From NCBI RefSeq assembly GCF_000143415.4, contig NW_003314643.1:1-7993 (forward strand): a DNA stretch of 7,993 nt. Direction: 5' to 3'. The notes under the pieces were generated by a model, which did not search any database, was not told the DNA's origin, and saw only the letters and a program-made list of their open reading frames with translations. The DNA is from Selaginella moellendorffii. Taxonomy: Eukaryota; Plantae; Lycopodiophyta. Below are positions 1-5,885 of the stretch, piece by piece; position 1 is the stretch's first letter; each line of letters opens with the position of its first letter. The position numbers were made by a program, and so were the translations under genes.

Positions 1-9
1 CGCGCAGTC

Positions 10-813
10 CTACTTCATACTCCAGACATTGTCCGCTGCGAGGCCGAAGGCTGGAGAGATTGGACTGTGTCCAGCGGCCTGTGGATATCCACCGGCAGCT
101 CCAACAGTAACACCCCCAGCCCCGACGATCACTTTACCTTGCTTGAACACCGCCTGGTAGAGCTCCTCCCACTGGACTCCAGCTCCGACCGTCACTGCCG
201 ATACCGGGGACACTGAGCATCTCTTGGCGACAAAGTCGTCGTGGAAGCTCATGTTCTTCATGTGGTGCGTCCAGATGCTGAGAGATCCAGCCGCAGTGCT
301 CTTTCCAAAGAAGTCGTGCCCGGTGTTCTTGATCACTAGCCGGATGTTCTTGGCGGATGCAAACCTTACCGCAGATTGGACGTGAGATAGAGTGGAGACA
401 TTCACGGCGTAGACTGGAACGGAGCCCTGCGAGCAGCTCGAGTTGCGAGGGGAGGAGATGAGGCAGCTCTGGTCGCCGCTGGCTTCCCAGTTGCTGGCTT
501 GCATGGCTCCCGGCTGATCCGACCTCCAGAATGGTGAGCTCCATTTCTCTCGCACGATTTGACAAGCTTGCTCATCGAAGTGGCTCTCGTGACAGGGCGC
601 CGCTGGAGGCAAGACTTTGATGAGCCTTCCATCGATGGAGGAGTTGAAGGTGTTCCAGGCGCTGGGATCTGGCCAGCAGGATTGAAATGCGGTGCATAAA
701 CAGGATGGATGATCGTTATCGAAGGACGCTCGCGGCCGAGCGTCGGCTAAGATCAAAATCTGTAAAACTAGTGCCAACATAGCGATGGAGGAGCATGAAA
801 CACGAGGAGACAT
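10..813 (-). pseudogene. BBE-like FAD-linked oxidase paralog (copy 1), 5' part; frameshifted near position 24 and probably continuing beyond the window edge
   Basis: The ATG at 813 (MSPRVSC) aligns with the ATGs of the other copies; the ORF-track start at 843 is a TTG. Signal peptide, RLVIKNTGHDFFGKS and GGYPQAAGHS motifs are present. Colinear with copy 2 at offset 2330, with about a dozen substitutions over 24-540. A 1-bp deletion (CTCCAGAC vs CTCCAAGAC) turns DNVLEYEV into DNVWSMK*. It could instead be an intact gene with edge sequencing errors. Confidence 0.7.
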
Positions 814-1364
814 GATGATACGTGAGACGATTGAGATGGACAATCTATGTTTATAGATTATTTGGAACTTCGTGGAAGTGCTATGGTTTGACTGTATCTC
901 TTGGAAGAGTCTCGGAGAACACTGGAGTGGAAGGTGGTTTTCTTTTTCAGCATCCTCTCGGCAGTTGCCAGATATATGAGATGATCCTCACGGAACTGTG
1001 CTGGATCGATCACTAAATGTGCTGGATCGATCTCTTGGTCAGCCACATGCTGGATAATGTCATTGTAAATTGTAAAAATCTTATAATCTTTGGATGGCGT
1101 TTAGTAGCGAGTCAAGCTCATCAGACACGATCGAGTCAAGGTCCTTAGACAAAAATAAATCGCTCATCGCTCATCATCCTTTTTCTCCTGCAAGCGTGAA
1201 TTTGTTCAAAGGTTTGACAATTCTCAAATGGCTATTGATATGCCACGCGAGATGTTTGATGATGGTAACGTTCACCACCTAATGGAAAGAAATTAGCGTC
1301 AAACCAATAAACATGGGATATTAGGTCACAAGAGCCTGCATATTGCAAATTATTTATATGAACC

Positions 1365-3122
1365 CTAATTTTTCCTTGGACAATTTAGGTCATTGCTCCA
1401 CTTCTCGCTACCGACGCAGTGATGGCAGCGAAAGAGGCCGGATGGATCGACCTTGCTCTTGATGGCCTGGAGGCGAGGGTAGTGCTCGCCGAAGAAGGAT
1501 TGCTGCCAGTCCGGCTCGTTGAAATCCGCCTCGTTGATGTAAGTTCCTGATCCAGGCGTCACATCGATGAGCAGCTTGTTCGCGGCGCTCACATTCCTTG
1601 CAACCTCGCGCTGCTCCTCCAGGCTCGCCCCATCTCTCCAGCCGCTGCCGATAATCACGAACAAAAGGGCTCGGCGCCATGCCGGATTCACGGCATTCTC
1701 ATCTCGCGGCCTTGCCACTGCTCCGCCGGCCACGAATGCGCCAAAGATCGTCAACGGAGGCGGGTAGCGCTCCAGGATCGAGACAAGGGCATCTGAGAGC
1801 GGCTCCACGGATTTGCGGCTGTGGAAGAGGGATTTTGGGATTAGCCTGGAGGAGAGAAGGAGGGGAGTGGCGGAGCCGTTGGAGTTGACGCAGGAATTCT
1901 GGCCTCCACACAGGAATTGCGAGTAATACTCTTGGAACGATGAAAGAGAGACCACGCTTCCATTTCCTTGGAGCTTTGGATGCTTCTCAACGTAGTCAAG
2001 GAATGTTGCTAGCGTCCGGTTTGCGAAAGACACGTCCTTGTTGGGAAGAAGATACGAGACCTGCAAGCTCTGGCTGGACAGTCCGAAGTATCCCGACCAT
2101 CCAGCTTCCGAGAGACTGGGATGGATCACGGCAAAGTTTGTGAGCAAGTCCAGGAAGCTGGATCTATCTCTGGCATTGATGGAGTAGCCAGCGAAGGCGA
2201 GATCTTCCAGCTGCGGATGCGTCCGGTGTGTAGCAGAGACCACGACTCCAAAAGTTCCTCCTCCGCCCCCTCGAAGAGCCCAGAAGAGATCCTCGTTTTG
2301 GCAGCCGTTAGCAACAACGAGATCTCCAGCAGCAGTCACGACTTCATACTCCAAGACATTGTCCGCTGCGAGGCCGAAGGCTGGAGAGATTGGACTGTGT
2401 CCAGCGGCCTGTGGATATCCACCGGCAGCTCCAACAGTAACACCCCCAGCCCCGACGATCACTTTACCTTGCTTGAACACTGCCTGGTAGAGCTCCTCCC
2501 ACTGGACTCCAGCTCCGACCGTCACTGCCGATACCGGGGACACTGAGCATCTCTTGGCGACAAAGTCGTGGTGGAAGCTTATGTTCTTCAGGTGATGCGT
2601 CCAGATGCTGAGAGATCCAGCCGCAGTGCTCTTTCCAAAGAAGTCGTGCCCGGTGTTCTTGATCACTAGCCGGATGTTCTTGGTGGATGCAAACCTTACC
2701 GCAGATTGGACGTGAGATGGAGTGGAGACATTCACGGCATAGACTGGAACGGAGCCCTGAGAGCAGCTCGAGTTGCGAGGGGAGGAGATGAGGCAGCTCT
2801 GGTCGCCGCTGGCTTCCCAGTTGCTGGCCTGCATGGCTCCCGGCTGATCCGACCTCCAGAAAGGTGAGCTCCATCTCTCTCGTACAATTTGGCAAGCTTG
2901 CTCATCGAAGTTGCTCTCGTGACAGGGCGCCGCTGGAGGCAGGACTTTGATGAGCCTTCCATCGAGGGAGGAGTTGAAGGTGTCCCAGGCGCTGGGATCT
3001 GGCCAGCAGCTGGATTGAAATGCGGTGCACAAACAATCGTGATCCAAGGACGACCGGGCATCGGCAACGAGCAAAATCAGTGCTAAGATAGCGATGGAGG
3101 AGCAAGAAACAGGAGGAGACAT
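1365..3122 (-). CDS. Secreted FAD-linked oxidoreductase, BBE-like / VAO-PCMH superfamily (FAD_binding_4 + BBE C-terminal domain), 585 aa, intronless (copy 2)
   Basis: Uninterrupted ATG-to-TAG ORF with a hydrophobic N-terminal signal peptide. Motifs: IKNTGHDFFGKS (covalent FAD His, about H159), GLAADNVLEYEVVTAAG, DLFWALRGGGGGTFGVV, and C-terminal YINEAD...FFGEHYPRLQAIKSKVDPSGLF. Confidence 0.95.
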   Translation of the reverse strand: MSPPVSCSSIAILALILLVADARSSLDHDCLCTAFQSSCWPDPSAWDTFNSSLDGRLIKVLPPAAPCHESNFDEQACQIVRERWSSPFWRSDQPGAMQASNWEASGDQSCLISSPRNSSCSQGSVPVYAVNVSTPSHVQSAVRFASTKNIRLVIKNTGHDFFGKSTAAGSLSIWTHHLKNISFHHDFVAKRCSVSPVSAVTVGAGVQWEELYQAVFKQGKVIVGAGGVTVGAAGGYPQAAGHSPISPAFGLAADNVLEYEVVTAAGDLVVANGCQNEDLFWALRGGGGGTFGVVVSATHRTHPQLEDLAFAGYSINARDRSSFLDLLTNFAVIHPSLSEAGWSGYFGLSSQSLQVSYLLPNKDVSFANRTLATFLDYVEKHPKLQGNGSVVSLSSFQEYYSQFLCGGQNSCVNSNGSATPLLLSSRLIPKSLFHSRKSVEPLSDALVSILERYPPPLTIFGAFVAGGAVARPRDENAVNPAWRRALLFVIIGSGWRDGASLEEQREVARNVSAANKLLIDVTPGSGTYINEADFNEPDWQQSFFGEHYPRLQAIKSKVDPSGLFRCHHCVGSEKWSNDLNCPRKN

Positions 3123-3159
3123 TATGATTTGTGAGACAATCGAGTGTGAATGCTGGATG

Positions 3160-3166
3160 TTTATAG
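3160..3166 (-). promoter_or_regulatory. Putative TATA box (CTATAAA) of copy 2; equivalents at 850-856 (copy 1) and 5764-5770 (copy 3)
   Basis: CTATAAAC on the minus strand lies about 37-41 bp upstream of the ATG in all three paralogs, inside a shared upstream block. Confidence 0.5.
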
Positions 3167-3236
3167 ATTACTTGGAACTTCGTGGAAGTGCTATGGTTTG
3201 ACTATCTCTCTTGGAAAAGTCTCGAGGTAACACGGG

Positions 3237-3441
3237 ATCGTCAGCATCTTCTCGGCTTGCAGCCACACCCTCCTCGTGTCTACAGTCCTAGCTGACTATG
3301 GGATGAACCCAAAGGAGATTGATCAGTGTGTGTGTCGCGGACAGCGGGTGTGCTACGCAAGGTATCGATTTTGCGCGACGAGCAGCGGACAATGCCATGA
3401 AGTTAGCCACAAAACTCTGGAACTTTCCTAGCAACTTATAA
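3237..3441 (+). pseudogene. Degenerate PLS-class PPR gene relic (terminal L2/S2 motifs and E domain)
   Basis: Manual translation across frameshifts gives IVSIFSACSHT, LVSTVLADYGMNPKE, TQGIDFARRAADNAMKLA, PQNSGTF, SNL*. This matches in order the PPR-E consensus 'FVSILSACSHAG...DYG..P...ARRAAE....L.P.NS..Y.LLSNLY'. Confidence 0.7.
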
Positions 3442-4009
3442 ATTAAATTTATAATTCTATTTTATAGAATCTTCAGCAAGAGGAGTTTTGTTTATTTTGT
3501 TGTTTATTTGCTCAGTTGTCGTGACTGAGCAAAGTTCAAATTTTGGAAATAGAGGATATGTGACACTCCTCACCTCCAAAACATAACATAATAATCCACC
3601 TTCTTGGTTTGGATGAAAGGTCCTAATCATCTTTTGTTACTTCCACTCTATTTAATAGGAGGGGAGGAATTCATCATCCATTTTTTTTTTCTGCAAGTGA
3701 TTTTCCAATTGAGAATTATCAGAGGAAAATACGGGGATGGTTTGTCACGGCCCTATCAGAGTGGGATAACGTTGGTCACTATGTTCCTTGTTTCCTTCCA
3801 TATGACAATTAATTTGTAAGAAAATAAAGTAGAGATAAAATGTACATATACTACATGTTGATTGCTTAAGGAACCAATATGTAATTTACAGGCCATGGTA
3901 TGACGTTGCATGGGTCTTGTCACAACTACATATGCATGCTAAACCCATGCTACCACGAAGATCAATGGGCTAGAAAATCGATGGAATGGAGTTCTTATCA
4001 TGATGACAA

Positions 4010-4400
4010 GCTCTTTTGGTTTTTGCTCGCCTGACTGCAAGAATGGATAGCTCTGTTTTGGATGAATGATGAGAACTCTCCATACACTGTGGCTCTCGTG
4101 CGTGCTACCAGAGCATTCCTCGCCGTTTGAATCATACGCAATGTCGTCGCTTGGAATGCACTGATGCAACTATGCGTCTCTAACCTCATGCTTTGACTAG
4201 CTGTGTTTGTGGAACACGCTCATTGCGGTGTTCACACAGCTAAACATGAGGCAATCGGATGTTGTGATTAGCGCCACTTCGATGATTGTTGCGCTAGTGT
4301 GGAGTTTGGGGCCACAATCGTGGAGCTCCACAGGATTTCAAGGCAAGATCTTGTTTCTTGGAATGACATGGCCCAAGTTTACGAGGATATTGGAAACCTA
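4010..4400 (+). pseudogene. Degenerate PLS/SS-type PPR repeat relic
   Basis: Successive PPR-like fragments with stops and frameshifts: ALLVFARL (~4010), ATRAFLAV*IIRNVVAWNALM (4104-4166), LWNTLIAVFTQ, DVVISATSMIVA, RQDLVSWNDMAQVYEDIGNL. Boundaries are approximate. Confidence 0.7.
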
Positions 4401-4440
4401 GCATGGAGAATCTTGATCCAATGCTGTGGGTGTGACATTG

Positions 4441-4518
4441 GCACTGCGGCTGGATCTCTCAACATCTGGCTTCACCAGATGAAGAACATGAGCTTTCACA
4501 GTGACTTTATCGCCAAGA
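4441..4518 (+). repeat. Inverted 78-bp fragment of the BBE-like oxidase gene (TAAGSLNIWLHQMKNMSFHSDFIAK)
   Basis: 68/78 nt identical by manual alignment to the reverse complement of 222-299 (copy 1); the equivalent segment in copy 2 is 2552-2629. Confidence 0.9.
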
Positions 4519-4928
4519 ACTCATTGTAGGGGATATTAGTTCATTTATATATCAAATGTGACTGTATTTTATTCTTTATGTCATGAATGGTTATATTACA
4601 TAATTTTTTTTATGTACGTAACCAAGCATATAAAGATGTTATATCAGGCATCAAAAGATTTAATTTTCAAGTACATTTAGATCTCACTATTAAGTGTATT
4701 ATTATTCAATAATACAATTGCATATTAAAAGAGCATGGATCACAAGAAAACAAACACAATGTTACTTAATTAATATTTATAATTAACCATCTAGTTTTCG
4801 GTTGGGTGTTCACTTAAGGTTGCTTGGATAATAAAGACTTAAAAGGAACATCATGAATGTTTCAACCATATAAGTATTGTTCAGATATTGAGAAGTTAGT
4901 TTGAAGGTAGTCAATTTAAACAACCTCA

Positions 4929-5235
4929 ATGTGGGGTGTTTTAGTTTCATGGATCTTGATAACGGTGTGATCAATAGAAATATGTGGATTTTGAACAAAC
5001 AGCAAATAAATTTCTACAAATTCAATGTACTTTTCTTCCATTTTCCAAGTGAAAGAACAATTTGTTCTCTTCATAGATTACCCGAGAAGATCAGAAGGCT
5101 ATGCAGCACAAAGTTGAGATTGTTGTCGTCAACGATCAATTCCCAGGACCATAAATCGACATTGAGGAGAGCAGTAGTCTGGACATCAAAGTAAACAACT
5201 TGTAGTGTTCTACTGATTGATAGATTTCCTGGCAT
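4929..5235 (+). pseudogene. Laccase (multicopper oxidase) pseudogene, 5' fragment with one intron
   Basis: FYKFN (5012-5026), then a GT-AG intron at 5027-5076, then EKIRRLCSTK / EIVVVNDQFPGP*IDIEESSSLDIKVNNL and ISWH. This matches the plant laccase N-terminus 'HYKFN|V...VTRLCSTK.IVTVNGQFPGPTI...EGD.L.IKV.N...IHWH'. It carries two compensating frameshifts and several stops. A signal-peptide-like remnant MWGVLVSWILITV* begins at 4929 (weaker evidence). Confidence 0.8.
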
Positions 5236-5278
5236 AATGGCCAGCTTACATCACCAGTGCCTGATCCAGTGCCAGATC

Positions 5279-5723
5279 GCCCGGTGTGGATGTTCTTGGC
5301 GGATGCAAACTTCACCACAGTTTGGACGTGAGATGGAGTCGAGGCATTCACAGAGTAGACTGGAACAGAGCCTTGCGAGAAGCTCGAGTTGGGAGGGGAG
5401 GAGATGAGGCAGCTCTGGTTGCCGCTTGCTTCCCAGTTGCTGGACTGCGGCTGATCCGACCTCCAGAATGGCGAGCTCCATTTCTCTCGCACGATTTCGC
5501 AAGGTTGCTCATCGAAGTCGCTCTCGTGACAGGGCGTCGCTGGAGGCAAGACTTCGATGAGCCTTCCATCGATGGAGGAGTTGAAGGTGTCCCAGGCGCT
5601 GGGATCTGGCCAGCAGGATTGAAATGCGGTGCGATGATCATGATCCAAGGACTCGGCCAAGATCAAAATCTCTAGAACTAATGCTAAGATAGCTATGGAG
5701 GAGCATGAAACACGAGGAGACAT
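5279..5723 (-). pseudogene. Truncated BBE-like oxidase paralog (copy 3); the ORF runs on through unrelated sequence to 5136
   Basis: Homologous to copies 1 and 2 from the ATG to KNI..TG. In-frame deletions include QPGAMQASNW->QPQSSNW and a 15-bp loss in RLVIKN. Homology ends at the FAD-binding His codon. Confidence 0.88.
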
Positions 5724-5842
5724 GATGATTTGTGAGACAATTGAGTTGGATGGACAATCGATGTTTATAGATTAATTGGAACTTCGTGAAAGTCTTAGTT
5801 TTCTTAGGATCTGTTTAAGCTTTAGTTTTTGGCGGTAGCTAC

Positions 5843-5861
5843 TAAACCCAGGGTTAGGGTT
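5843..5861. promoter_or_regulatory. Telo-box-like motif (TAAACCCAGGGTTAGGGTT) upstream of VPS51
   Basis: Near matches to AAACCCTA/TAGGGTTT lie 25-43 bp upstream of the ATG. Telo-boxes are common near plant housekeeping gene starts. Confidence 0.35.
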
Positions 5862-5885
5862 GGGGGCGATTTGGATCCTCCTCCC

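Noticed and set aside
1094-1282. 62-aa ORF with faint PPR-like words and short repeats (CGAGTCAAG x2, TCGCTCA x2)
   Set aside because: Too weak to call; likely the 3' flank of copy 2.
134-3105. Alternative-frame and antisense ORFs over the oxidase copies (e.g. 134-565, 402-632, 2121-2546, 2464-2895, 2732-3067), recurring at 5251-5675
   Set aside because: Shadow ORFs of GC-rich coding sequence. They recur only because the DNA is duplicated and have no recognisable motifs.
3604-3819. 71-aa hydrophobic ORF
   Set aside because: TTG start in T-rich low-complexity DNA, no homology evident.
4766-4795. AT-only palindrome followed by CTAGT, resembling a Helitron 3' end
   Set aside because: Helitron hairpins are usually GC-rich. 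An AT palindrome is expected by chance here and no matching 5' end was identified.
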